Source: the human T2T-CHM13v2.0 reference genome, Homo sapiens
Length of the DNA: 64,000 nucleotides
Assembly: GCF_009914755.1 (NCBI RefSeq)
Contig: NC_060925.1
Reading direction: 5' to 3' (one strand)
Shown: piece by piece, positions 17,597-52,713 of the stretch
Numbering within the stretch: the stretch's first letter is position 1
How the letters are laid out: each line of letters begins with the position of its first letter
Notes under the pieces: generated by a model
Database searches by the model: none
Seen by the model: only the letters and a program-made list of their open reading frames with translations
What the model was told of the DNA's origin: nothing
Translations under genes and position numbers: made by a program

Positions 17597-18340
<744 letters not shown>

Positions 18341-18884
18341 TGATAATCTTTTCTTAAATAAAATATATTTAAAACATTTTAAAGATACTCTGAAAATGCT
18401 ACCTTTGATTTAAGAGGCCAAAAGGCATGTAATTTAACACACAATAACATCAAGTGTTACTGAACGCATAGGCAACAGCTGAAATACTCCCAATTACATG
18501 TTCATGTCACAGTAATTTTATGTGATAGAGAACAAAATCAAGAGAAAAAATGTTTTATCATAGTTGGAAAAAAGACAATTTAACATGCAAGAGTACATTT
18601 TAACATAATTATATTTGAGTAAACTTTATAAGACTTAAGAGAAATTAAATATTTTTCTAAATTCCAAAGACACAAAGATGAAAAATTTGCTACAAGTTAC
18701 ATAGGAGTTTTGGTCACCATTTTCAAATATTATCAACTTAACTTCTTTCCTCTAAAACAATAAAAACCTCAACTTACAAATTCCTTTTTCTGTAATTTCT
18801 GAAATGTTCTCATTACTAACAGGGTCTCATATTTCAGACATTATTTGTTGGCTTCTAACCACACATCTAAAGATTCATACTTAC

Positions 18885-19171
18885 AAAGTCCTCCTCTTCA
18901 AACTGCAACTTTTCCACCTTGTCTTCTTTCTTTTCTTCCCTAATCTCCATAGGTGGCTTTTCCTGAAAAGCACACCCTTTCCGGGAGTGGAAGCTGCCAT
19001 TCCAATGGCGATGGTTCCCTGTGCCACCTCCACTACGTTGGCTCATGCCATCATGACCTCGGGAAGAGCTATGCCAACCAGATGGGTTCCCTGTGATTCC
19101 AGCATATGCTCCCTTAGAGACACCAGAGTCCACAGAATCATGGCGGAACAGGGAGGGCTGGTGCCAAGAAT
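18885..19171 (-). CDS. GPBP1L1: GPBP1L1 coding exon 6, 287 nt, (D)SWHQPSLFRHDSVDSGVSKG...LQFEEEDF
   Basis: ORF 18867-19133. Acceptor attctag|ATTCTT, donor GACTTT|gtaagt. Contains the vasculin-family FEEEDF(PSL) motif. Confidence 0.95.
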
Positions 19172-19531
19172 CTAGAATAGTAAAGAAAAGGACTAATTAG
19201 ATTGTTTGCTTCCTGATTTGGTTTACGGTATTGGCCAAAGGCCTTCAGGAGACCTCGTTAATAAAAAGTCCACACAAAAAAAATAAAAAAATGTATCTTT
19301 TCTTTGTGAGGTAATTTCTGAAATCAGTTCAACTGAACAGATGATTCATGAGAATCATAATCATAGTTAGACCTAGAAAGCCAATGTAGTTGCGTAATGA
19401 CTACTAGAGAATCTAAATGAAAACTATGTTCAGAAAAGATCCTATTTCAAGATTACAGACATGTACCCACAGCCTGGGCTTGTCCTAAATGAGTAGCTTA
19501 AATATAGTCATGAAAGTTGGACATGGCTCAC

Positions 19532-19661
19532 CTCCTGCAGTTCGTAGGGGACCATTGTTAAAAAAACCATCAGAGGAATTATGTCGACGGCGGCTTACTC
19601 CAAATCTACCTTCTCCTCTGGGTAGGTGCTCTCCGTGTTTTTCGAAGGTGGCAGTAGGTGA
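19532..19661 (-). CDS. GPBP1L1: GPBP1L1 coding exon 5, 130 nt, SPTATFEKHGEHLPRGEGRFGVSRRRHNSSDGFFNNGPLRTAG
   Basis: Acceptor catcttag|TCACCT, donor GGAG|gtgagc. Contains the RRRHNSSDGF vasculin-family motif. Confidence 0.95.
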
Positions 19662-20119
19662 CTAAGATGATGAAGTATGGAGAGGCAAATGGATAAATAG
19701 CTATTAGTCCTTTTCAATATCTTAATAGGCTTTGCATCAGGCCTTCAAAAAACAAGTAATAATGGTGATAGAAACTCATATTGTAAGCATATGGACCCTA
19801 AGGGTACCCACAGGTGCCTAATTTAGAGAAGTCCTAGGTTATATATTCAATTGCTAATTCACTTCCTTTATTCCAGGAGAGGAGAAAAGCTAGCCACTTC
19901 AATTGTTTGCATGAAAGGAGGCGGAGGGGAAAAAAGCCTTGCAAATATTCATAAATATAAGCTCCAAAACTTTACACTTAAAAATATTTACCTTGTAGGA
20001 GAGGAAAATCAAGATGATTGCCTCAAAAATAATTCTAAAGTTTTAGTATTTCTGGAATAAGGGTGAAGGCAACGGTTGAAATATCACCTTGGGAGGTCAG
20101 TAGTAATTACAGAACTTTT

Positions 20120-24329
<4,210 letters not shown>

Positions 24330-24525
24330 TCAAGAGCTTTTATATTTAGTTCACATTAATTTCTTCAAATACCAACTAGCATCAGTTTTCCTGAGATCTG
24401 TTGGTGTCTTCAAACCACCCCACTGATATTCTCCAAAATTAATTACATCAGAAAGCAGTCGGTATTTTTCATGATGCATATACATAGAGTCTTCTTTCCA
24501 AGTTAGACATATGGAGAATATTTAC

Positions 24526-25567
24526 CCCAGAGTGTAACCTCTGTGGTCCTGTTTCTGAACTCGAGTCGGCCAGCTGGATCTCCCACAAGGTTTCCTTGTT
24601 AAAAGGGTGCTTAAGTAACCTGGCCGGCAGCACGACTTATGATGAAGCACGAAGAAGCCAGGTTCTGTGTCGATCACTCTCTCAGTCCCCTCAACTGCTC
24701 ATCTTAAACTATTTGGTTCCTGACACGTTTCCAAAAGGGGAAAGGGGAAAAGGGGAAGGGGGGAAGGGGAACATAAAAAGTATTTGTTACATTTAAAAAG
24801 GGGGGGAAGGGGAAAGAGCTGTATCTATGTTCACCTCATTCAACTTCCTTGAGTTATGGCACTATGATGTTGCTTAATTAGGTAAGACATGGATATTTGC
24901 ACCGAGTGCAAATACTGTTCATAACAAGGTCATAGCTAGAAAGACAGATGGGCTCAAGTGTGGACAAATAATGTCATCAAGGTAATAGATCAAAAATATT
25001 AAAGCCCTATAAAAGATCTGAGCAGTCAACTCCAAAACATCCACATGACAAAGTCCTTAAAATACAAATCTCATTACTCTTACTCATGCAACTGCTAAAA
25101 AATAGTGTGCAGATATGTATTTATATTTGCCTTAACCTTCAAAATCTAGGGACATAAATCTTGTCTTTGTTAAAAAAAAATAAAAAATAAAAATAGACAG
25201 GAATTTGCTACACTTTTCCCTCCACGAACAGCAGCTTTCAAGGCAAATTTCTTGGTATAAAGCTACTAAATGTATATTCTATGTCTTTGGCCTTTACTAT
25301 TTATAAATTCAGAGCAAAGTTAAAACATTAGAACGATGGGTAGGATGGATATTAAGAAATAGTCAAGGAGAAATATAGGTCCAAAATGAGGATTTCTTCT
25401 CTTCAGTTTTCTGTGTTTCACTTGTTCTGCTCCTTCCCAAAATCTAAATTGAGCCACTGGAAGGAGATATGAAGAATCTTCTATGCTTTGGTAGAGAAGT
25501 CACTTATTATTTTGGATCCATTTCCACCACTTCACAATCATTTGAAAGGCCACACGAATCTATCACT
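24526..25567 (-). other. GPBP1L1: GPBP1L1 non-coding exon 3, 1,042-nt 5'UTR exon
   Basis: Acceptor ttttttcatttacag|AGTG at 25567, donor TGGG|gtaaat at 24526. No recognisable repeat in an otherwise Alu-dense region; 16 upstream ATGs. Size agrees with my recollection of the reference mRNA. Confidence 0.85.
24737..24812 (+). repeat. G-run/purine tract (G4-forming on + strand; C/U tract in the GPBP1L1 mRNA)
   Basis: GGGGAAAGGGGAAAAGGGGAAGGGGGGAAGGGG, plus a second GGGGGGGAAGGGG. Confidence 0.85.
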
Positions 25568-25764
25568 CTGTAAATGAAAAAACAAAACATAAAATCACAG
25601 AAGGCAAAATCACTATCATATATACATATATCTGCTAAAATGAGACACAGTTAAATAATGAAATCAAGGTCCTGAGAGTCAAAACTCTTAAGTCCAATTT
25701 AGATACTACAGATGTATGTCACCACCTATACCAACAAGATGACTTGGATATAAATCTTTTTTAA

Positions 25765-30787
<5,023 letters not shown>

Positions 30788-30919
30788 TCAAAGTACTTTA
30801 ATTGTGCCTATTAAGCCACTAATACTCACTTCTTCCAGGACACACACAGCATGTATCTAGCATGGTACCATGCATATGGTAAGGATTCAAAAGTTTAATA
30901 AATTTTTATGAATTATAAT

Positions 30920-31560
30920 AAAGCAAGGATGCAGAGAAATTAGAAACCTAATGTATTGCTGGTAGAAATGTAAAATGGTGCAGCTACTGTGAATAACTGA
31001 TTAAACACTGAGGCACCATATGACCTAATAATTCTACTTCTAGGTATATATCCAAGAGAAATAAAAACATGTCCACACAACACTTGTACATGAACGTTCA
31101 CAGCAGCCTTACTCACAATAGCTACAAAGCAGAAACAACTGAAATGTCTATCAACAGATGAATGAACAAAATACTGTATATTCACACCACAGGCTATTAT
31201 TCAGCTATAAAAAGGAAATGAAGTACTGATATAAGCTACAACATGGATGAACCATGAAAATATTACGTTAAATGAAAGAAGGCAGACACAAAAACTGTAA
31301 GTTGTATTATTCCACTTATATGAAACATCCAGTCTCACAGAGCTAAAAACAGATCAGTGATTACCAGGGACTGGGAAGAGGAGGGAATGGGGTGTGACTG
31401 CTTAATATAGATGAAAATTTAGTTTGGGGTAAGAAAAGGTTCTGGAACTACATAGTGGTGATGGTTGCACAACGCTGAGAATGTACTTCATGCCATGGAA
31501 TTGCACACTTTTTTAATTGCTTATGATGGTAAATCTTGTATTTTCCCATAACTAAAAAAA
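30920..31560 (+). mobile_element. L1M (L1MB-like) 3' end fragment
   Basis: ctaggtatatatccaagagaaataaaaacatgtccacacaa ... acaacatggatgaacc ... ggtgatggttgcacaac. Confidence 0.8.
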
Positions 31561-32105
31561 TTATAATAAAGCAGTCAATGTTAATATTAAATACAAACAC
31601 TGCCCTACATCACCCATTCTTTTTCAGATTACATAAGTACTTTTGCTCCCTCTCTACAAACTCCTTGTATCTGAATACTTGATCCAACCATTCATTCATA
31701 AACATCTGTCAAATATTTTATCTCTTCAAAACCTCCAACTTATCGGGCACCTCATATGTCAGGCGCACTATTCGGTACTTCACAACATGACCTAATTTTA
31801 TATTTTATAATTAAGTTTATACTGCTAGGAGAGCACCTCCCCGGCCAAGAGTCTTATCTCAATTACCTCTACTTCAGGCTCCTTTTACCTAGATACAACA
31901 CTACCAGTGCTCTTGGCTTCAACCACTCATTTTCTCCAGAGTCCAGTAGCATCATCAATTTATTCCTTCTGGTAACTTCAACTTCTATTTACACTGAGTC
32001 CACTTAACAAAAAACTGTATCCAATTCTCCAAATTAAAACAAACCCCCTTCCTAGAGCCTGTATCTTGCTCCAGGTATATCCTTTATGTGCTTTACTCTC
32101 CAGTT

Positions 32106-36739
<4,634 letters not shown>

Positions 36740-36869
36740 CTATTGCATTATTTCCTTTAAATGGCTGTTTACTGCTGGCATAAATTATATCCAGCAACCT
36801 TGCTAAACTCTCATTAATTCTAATAATTTGTCTATAGATTCCACAAATAATGAGAGACAGAAGAACTCT

Positions 36870-37700
36870 TTTTATACACATGTTAACTTTTAGGTGCCTA
36901 CCAGACATCGAAGTGGAGATGTTAAGTAGATAGCTGGATAAGAGTCTGCAGTTCATGACAGAAATACAGACTGTAGACCAATTTTATTTAAATCCATGGA
37001 CCCAGATGAGATCATCAACAAAGTGAACGTAAAAAGAGATGGAACCTTGACATACAGCTTTAAAGATTGGGGAGACTGAGGAAAAAAACCATCAAAGTGT
37101 GGGGACCCAGAAGCTAAGCAGAAACATGTTTCAAGAAGGTAGAGTGACCATTTTCAAATGTTATTAAATAGGATAAAAAGCTGAGAACTCATCACTGGAT
37201 TCACATGGAAGTGTCAGTGATGATGTTGGATAGGGGAGGTGGTGAAAGCCTGATTCCAGTGAGTTCAAGAGGGAAGGAACTGGAGACTAAAAGTATAGAC
37301 AACTCTTTTGAGAAGTGTTGCTGCACAACAGAGAAAAGGAGCATGTAGGCTAAAAGGGGATGTGTGGTCAAAATAAGTTTTTTACTGCACTGATAGGAAT
37401 AACCCAGTAGAAAAAGAAAACGATGCAGCTGATACAGAAAACTGCTGAAATATCCTTCAGCAGTTCAGAGGGGTGAGATGGGATGTACCAGTGAAGACTG
37501 GCCTTCAGCAGGCTCATGAATACATAGGTGGGAAAGCAGAACACGTGGGTACTAATGCAATGAGAGCTTGGAAGGTCTACCCTGATTGCTTCTATCTTCT
37601 CAACTAAGTAGACAGCAAGACCTTCAGCTAAAAGTATGGGTAGGTGCAGAGGAGTTGAGGGGTGTGAGAAGAATTAAAGCGTGAAACTGAAGAATGAACT
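36870..37700. mobile_element. L2 LINE fragments
   Basis: gtggagatgttaagtagatagctggata...gaaagcctgattccagtgagttcaagag, typical of L2 3' regions. Confidence 0.55.
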
Positions 37701-37920
37701 ACAGAGATACAGCAGAGCTTCCCAGCAGAGTAAGGGCCCACACTTGTAAGCTACCATGACTTTTGACTCCCTGAAGTCTCTTGCTCTTCTCACTGACCCA
37801 TACCCAATTCCCCAAATGCCAATCTAAGTTAAGATCCCAGTTCTTGCTTACTTTGCTTGTCACCCATGAAGCTGACTGTGGTTGAAAGATACACAACCAT
37901 GCTTTTAAATATTTGTTTTC

Positions 37921-41850
<3,930 letters not shown>

Positions 41851-42129
41851 AAAAACAAAGAGAAAGTACCTAATACTATGGTGATTAACATGGATATGTA
41901 AAGTCTATTATGGAGTCTAATAAACAAAATCCCTGTAGTGGCTAGGAAAAGAAAAAAATATAAACAAACAAAAATTGTATTTCTATCACAAATTCAACGA
42001 CAACAATGGGATTTCTGTACCCATAAGAGGTGCATGAGAGAAATCATGTGAAGTGCTATGACATAATATAAAGCACAATATAAAACATTATCTCGAATTA
42101 TTCACTAATTCATACTCTTAAAACCTGAA

Positions 42130-43170
42130 TCAAATCATGAGACTATTTTACACCTATCAAACTGGCAAAAGAAATTCTGACACTACAAAGTGTTAATGAA
42201 GATGAGGCACAAACAAAGAATTCTCATATATTGCTGATTAGAGTGAACACTGGCACACAACCACTTTGGAAACTGGCAAACAAGTTGTAAAACCTCTATG
42301 ACCCATTAATCCTAATCACCCATGACCACAAGAAATTCTGATAACATCCTACAACATGGATGAACCTTCATCCATTATGCTACATGAAAGAAGCCAGACA
42401 CAAAAGACCACATGGTATACTTATATGAAACATCCAGAATAGGCAAATCCAGAGAGAGAGAAAGTAGATTAGTGGTCGTCTAGAGCTAGAGAGGAATGAA
42501 GAATGACTGGTAATGGTTACAGTTTATTTTGGGATGATGAAAATGTTCTACAATTAGTAGCAATGGTTGTACAAATGCGAATATACTAAAAACCACTAAA
42601 TCGAACACTTTAAATATGTGTATTTTGTTATATAAATTACAGCTCAATGAAGCTATTCTCCCAAAAATTAAGACCAACGATTGATACGGGACTGGGAAAT
42701 CCTTCGCCACCAAGGTAACACCATGCAAATTAGTTTCTTGTTCTAAGGGGAAAGATTGTTTAATATATAGATAGGACTACCTTAATAAAGAACCAATCTT
42801 AGCATTACAATGTCTTTTGTGATACAATGCAAAATGAGGAATTGCTATGCTGTATTTTAGTCAACAATGTTTAAAGGTGAATCCATCAATCTGTCAGCTA
42901 TAAACTTTAGAGAAAAATACAGGAATTAAAAAAAGAACAAGCTAAATAATACCATAAGGATGCAATCATACCAAACCACTCCAGGTTAAGTGACACAGTC
43001 TCAAAATCAGTGTCACTGAAAAATAAAGACTATACTGCACTAAAAAGATATAGATAAAGTAAACATTTGCAACAAGGTCCTGAATCAGATAATGGCTTGG
43101 ATAGCTAGCTGTAATAAACATTTTTTGGATCAGCTGGAGAAATTTGAATAGCACCTGGGTATTAGAAGAA
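42130..43170 (+). mobile_element. Old L1M 3' fragments
   Basis: acaacatggatgaaccttc...gaaagaagccagacacaaaagacc...atggttgtacaa. Confidence 0.7.
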
Positions 43171-44113
43171 ATGATCATTTACTCACATGGAAAGTGGGTA
43201 TCACCAACTAAAAAAAGCAAGTTGATCTCATTTAGTAAAATAAAAATAGAAACCTAAACATATGCACTTAGACTACAATCTGGAAAAAAATGCACGGAGT
43301 TGTGAACAGTAGTAACTCCTGTGTGATGGGAATGCCAAGGCTTTATTTTTGCATATCTATATAGTCTAATATTCTACATTACCCTTACATTGCTTCTGTA
43401 ATAATAAAAAGAAAGAATGACACGGAGAGTTTTAATAAACCACTGATGTCCAGGCCTTACCCCAGATAAATTTTAAAAGGTTGAGAACTATCACTTTTGA
43501 GAATTGGGGCAGATAAAAGGGAAAATTGTCTGACAAGGTTTAAAAAGGAATTTATCAGAAGAACCCTGGGAATTCAGAGGACGAAGCAGAGGCTCCCTTG
43601 ACTTGGCAAACACGAAAAACCAAAGGAAGCTAAGCATTCAAAACCCCTGCCAAGGTCATGCCACAGGAAGAGCCTGCTTAGGAAACTGCTCCAGCTAGTA
43701 ATGCCACCACCAACAGCCACTGGAATGAACTCCAAACGGTCCTTGCATCTTTGCATCTCTCACTTCTGGTGCAAGTCCCCAAAGTAAAGGGCATCTGACT
43801 GGCACAGTTTGGGTAACATGACCCAGCTCTAGCTGCCAGGGGTCCAGCACAGAAAGTTTATCTATATGGTATGTGTATGTGTGCACCCAACCTTTCCAGC
43901 ATCCTCTCCCAATAAGATTCACAAAAAAGCAATACTGGAAGGGGGCTAAAATGGTAAACAGACAAAAGAAACAACAAAGAACCATTTTAAAGCCCAATTA
44001 GTAAAATGTCCAACACAGGAATCCTGCCAGTCTAGCCATTTGGAATCAACTTGAATTACTGTGCCTTCTTCTACTTCATTGTTCCAAAAAAATTTCCTAA
44101 AAAGTAATTTTAG

Positions 44114-48763
<4,650 letters not shown>

Positions 48764-49921
48764 TTATCTTTAACTCAAAATTAAAAATGAATTACAAGCA
48801 GAAATGTGCACCAGATTTCTTATCATTCTAAATTTAAATGGTTGAATGTGTCCTCCTCAGCTAAGCATTTTAACAGCCACTGATGAGCAATCTAGTAAAT
48901 TGAATTCGCTCAAAATAAAGGTTTCCCCAAGAGTTCCCCCCACACCACAAATCAAGAGCTCTGATAAAGACACCATCCAGAATCAACTGAATGTTTATAT
49001 TAACATGTACAAACCACTGAGTACCCCCCCAAAAAATCAATATCTCACTCCAGTTTAGTAGTTAACAGTGACAAAACACAAAGCAACTAGCTTGTAATTT
49101 CTATTAAAAACTTTAAATATTTTTCCTGTAAAACCACCAAAATAATTTAACAACAACAACAAAAAATCCTAGGGGTATTAACAAAAACCAACTTTTGTAT
49201 TTGAAAAAACGTCAAAAGGTACATTGAAAACTGACTCCCTAGGAAAGATGAGTTTATTTTACTATTAATTTCAAAGTTCTCATTCACAATTAGCATTTCA
49301 CTCTTTTATCTTTTAAATAGATACAGGCTTCAGCACCTTTCCAAATATTGAAATTTATTGGTTTTGGTTTCCAATCTATGACTTTTTGTTTAAACTTCTG
49401 GATCTATCGATTAAAAAAAAAAAGCAAACAAAAGACAGTCTCTTGTTCAAAAGGGCACGACAATCAGGTACTCCATACCTAAAGTATGTTTTCACTTGTT
49501 AAAATGTCTTACACTATTCTAGTAAATATCTCAAACTTAATAGCACCCTAATTTCCTTTCAAATATTGGATAAAAAAGACCTTAGAAAAGATCAGCAGTC
49601 TACTAAATTACAAATATAAGTCTAATGAGGAGTGACTACCAATCACTTTACTTTTGGATAAGATTTACACAAGAACACGACTTACTACTAAACTAAAACA
49701 TGAACCACTATTATTAACTGTATTTTTCTGGTAAGCAATAAATGTCAATGTTAAAAATATTTCAACAAATATGACAAGCCAACTTCAGAGCACGAAGTTG
49801 GCAGATAAAATTGACACCACAGCACAATTTCAAAACTATAAGCAACTATTAAACACACACACCACCGCACCGCACCCATTCTTATGTAAACTTTTGGAAT
49901 AGTCAACTTTGTGAGCCTCAC

Positions 49922-49966
49922 CTTTGTTTTCACCCAGCATAAGGAGAGTTAAAGGTGAGACACCAA
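49922..49966 (-). other. GPBP1L1: GPBP1L1 non-coding exon 2 (45 nt)
   Basis: Acceptor ttggttttttgcag|TTGG, donor CAAAG|gtgagg. Contains a uATG (MLGENKE* when joined to exon 3). Confidence 0.85.
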
Positions 49967-50409
49967 CTGCAAAAAACCAAAATATCAAAAGATTCAGTTA
50001 ATGTCCCCACAGGGGAAAGGACTAAAATCTTTAAACGTTAATGTATTTAAGTAATCGAAGGGCAGGGCACTTCCCCAAGCTACAGCCATTTTGGATTCAG
50101 ACTGTCTTTCGAATTTCACGGGTTGGGGAGAACTAGATTTAAAACAACAGAAAAAAAATAACACTTAAAACATTTCAGGATCGACCAGCTTTCCCTGCCC
50201 CTCCAAGGAAAGGAGGTTGGTAGATATCGGATAGACTCAATCTAAGCGAAAACACCTCGCTACCACAGAGAACCGGAAAGCTGGGGGTTAAAACTTTTTT
50301 CCCCTCAGATATCCAACATTTGACTTACACTTTTTCCTCCTTAGGTTTTCCTTTGAAGGAAAACAAAAGCCCTTAGCTCTCATTTCAAGAAGGAAAGAAA
50401 AAAACCCGT

Positions 50410-51660
50410 AAGCCAAGTCACTCAACGAGCACCAAGCCGGATCGCCTGGAGAGGAGCCAAAGAGCCGCAGGTGAGCGTTCCGACCCGACGACCGAAGTTA
50501 AAGTAGGAGCGCTTTCGCGGAGCCCCGGCGACGCTCGCGTGCAAAGCTCCATGCACGGGGGAGGCGGGGGTGCCGCATCCGAACCACTTGACCCGTGGGC
50601 TCCGCTCGCCCCTCTCGGGTCGGACCTATACCCAACCACCTGTGTGAGAGCTTCTTTCAACTAGTTTTAACAGCCCGTTGGTTAGGCACCGGGCGGAGCC
50701 CCGCGCCAGAACGACTCCAGGATCTCCTACTGCCCCGTTTCCCAAACTCCCACTCACCGGGCAGCGGCGGAGCTATGGCCAGGGACTAGACGCTGCGTCT
50801 GAGGACGCGTCCCCAGCTTGTCGACCCGGCAGAGGCGGCTAGTCCACAACCATAACAAAGCTCTTCCCAAAATGGCTGCCCGGCCCACAAGGTCCAGGAG
50901 GGGCAGAGCGGGTGGAGGAGGAGGAGCGACCAGCAGCACGGCCCTCCCATCCCCCGTCCGACCCCGCCTTACACACGCCCACCTGAAGAAGCGCATGCGC
51001 AAGGGACTGCTCCGGCGACCCTCCCGGACGCCAGTTCCCTACGCTGCCAACGTTCGGCCTCCAGAACGGCGGTTATGCCCTGCCCCGCCCCCGGCTCCCT
51101 TCTTCGCCGCTTGAGGCGGCGCATGGTCACCTCTGCCCCCTACAGAATTGAATCCTCTGCCTTTCCTCGTGCCGCCTGAGGCACGGACAAGCCTAGTTTA
51201 GTACGCCCCTTCTAACCCCCTTGCCCACTTCCAGGGCCTGGGCGCGTATGAATGAGTGGGTGGGTATGCATGTGTGTATCCCTTTTTTCTTCACCCTCCC
51301 ACAGCCCGCCCCTTGGCCAGTGCGCGTCCCGAAACTACCTCTACAAGGACTTGCAAACCGGTTTCGGAGGAACGTGTGTTTTCCGGCCCTTTCCCACCTT
51401 CCGCTCCTTACTTCTCGTGTGCGCGTCGTTGAGACTCCAGTCCCCAGCGGGCCACACGGCCTGGCCCCGGAGGCTGCGCGGCTGCGTCGGCCGCGCTACC
51501 CGCTGGGAGTAGTAGTTCCCCTGGAGCGCAGGCGTCACTCCCCCGCCCAAGCGAAGGGCGGGATTCCGGCGAGAGCCTGCGCTTGCGACAGTGCCGTTTC
51601 TCCTACCTGAAGTCTCATTGGGTATCGCACTACTGGAAGGGGCGGCGCTGCCATGACAGA
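50410..51660. promoter_or_regulatory. CpG island / GPBP1L1 promoter, head-to-head with TMEM69
   Basis: High GC and CpG density. NRF1 palindrome GCGCATGCGC at 50991-51000; YY1-like CAGCCATTTT (minus, ~50869-50878); GC boxes at ~50962 and ~51083; ZNF143/GFY-like ACTACTACTCCCAG (minus, 51503-51516). Confidence 0.9.
50758..50980 (-). other. GPBP1L1: GPBP1L1 exon 1 (non-coding, TSS approximate)
   Basis: Consensus donor CCG|gtgagt at 50758 inside the CpG island. 5' end estimated from the NRF1 and GC-box positions. Confidence 0.75.
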
Positions 51661-52439
51661 GAAGGCAATAAAACTGAAGGCCTAGCTCGACTAAAAGCGC
51701 TTACTATTAAGGAAGACTTCGCTGTGGCTCCATCCGGCACGGAAAGCTAAACCGTGTAATGGCTGGCAACCAGGAAGCTAGACTACCTAGAATCCGGAGG
51801 ATTGGAGGGACTGGCCGGCGTGGGCCCCTGAGATCTCCTACTACATGTCTTCAGTTTTATCCATAGACACGGAAGGACACTAAAATTGCCTGGTGCCATT
51901 TCCTGTGAAACAAGTCTAGATAAGAGAAGGGACTTGCCCAAGGTCACATAGCCGAGAAATAAAGCCGAGGGCAGTAGGAGAAATGATCTGACTTTCCGAA
52001 CCACCCCCAAGCCTAGGGCCCTTATCACCACACCTTTCATGGAAGTGAAAATCCTGCTCTTGTGCTCTTTAACCCTTAATGAAGTTTATAGGTCCCAGCA
52101 AAGAAAATGGATGTAAGAACTGGGCTTTTTTCCCCCTCTAAATGATAGTAAAGGGCCCTAATGCAGTGAGATGTGTCCCCATAGGCCTTATAAACCCTGT
52201 TTTGCAAAGTAAAACATAAGTCCCACAGATGGCAAGCAATTCAGGTCACACTGGGCCTAAAATCCCGTCTCTTACCTTCCTTCACCACCATCATTCTGAG
52301 ATTGTTTCAGTACTTGCACTCTACTTACCCGAACTCTGTGGGCAGATTCTGCTGCCTGGGAGCCCTGGAATAGAACTTCAAGGACCGTTCAACATCTGGA
52401 TTCAACTAGAAATTAAGAATGGCCCCCAAACAGAAAGCC

Positions 52440-52545
52440 GGGCCTAGGAACCAATTAGCGCAGGTCAAGTCCCTACCCGGACTCATTTTTTTTCAGCCCT
52501 CAGGAAGTAGGGGCCTCTCTGAATCCACTTGCCGGAAGTGCCTTT
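52440..52545 (+). promoter_or_regulatory. TMEM69: TMEM69 core promoter
   Basis: CCAAT at 52451; ETS/GABP sites CAGGAAGT at 52501 and CCGGAAGTG at 52532-52540, immediately before exon 1. Confidence 0.7.
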
Positions 52546-52621
52546 CCAGTGGACCTGGGCTGTTGTTGCGGTTGTTTTCCTTCTCTCCGTGCAACGCTGG
52601 CAAGTCTCAAAGTCGCCACAG
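52535..52621 (+). other. TMEM69: TMEM69 non-coding exon 1 (start approximate)
   Basis: Follows the ETS site. Donor CAG|gtgcag at 52621, with a tandem alternative CAG|gttggg at 52627. G-triplet-rich intron start. Confidence 0.7.
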
Positions 52622-52627
52622 GTGCAG

Positions 52628-52713
52628 GTTGGGATGGGAGGCACCAAGGGTTGGTAGTAAATTTGCGACGTTGGGATGGGAGGGCACCAAGGGTTGGTAG
52701 TAAATTGGAGACG
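52628..52713 (+). repeat. Two-copy 42/43-bp tandem duplication at the start of TMEM69 intron 1
   Basis: GTTGGGATGGGAGG(G)CACCAAGGGTTGGTAGTAAATT(TGC/GGA)GAC x2. Confidence 0.9.

Noticed and set aside
24894-24914. miR-25/92 site or pre-miRNA at the hairpin
   Set aside because: GTGCAAATA does not match the GTGCAAT seed site, and the stem is too short for a pre-miRNA.
50418-51610. Arg/Pro-rich ORFs in the CpG island
   Set aside because: Expected from stop-poor GC-rich DNA; no recognisable protein.
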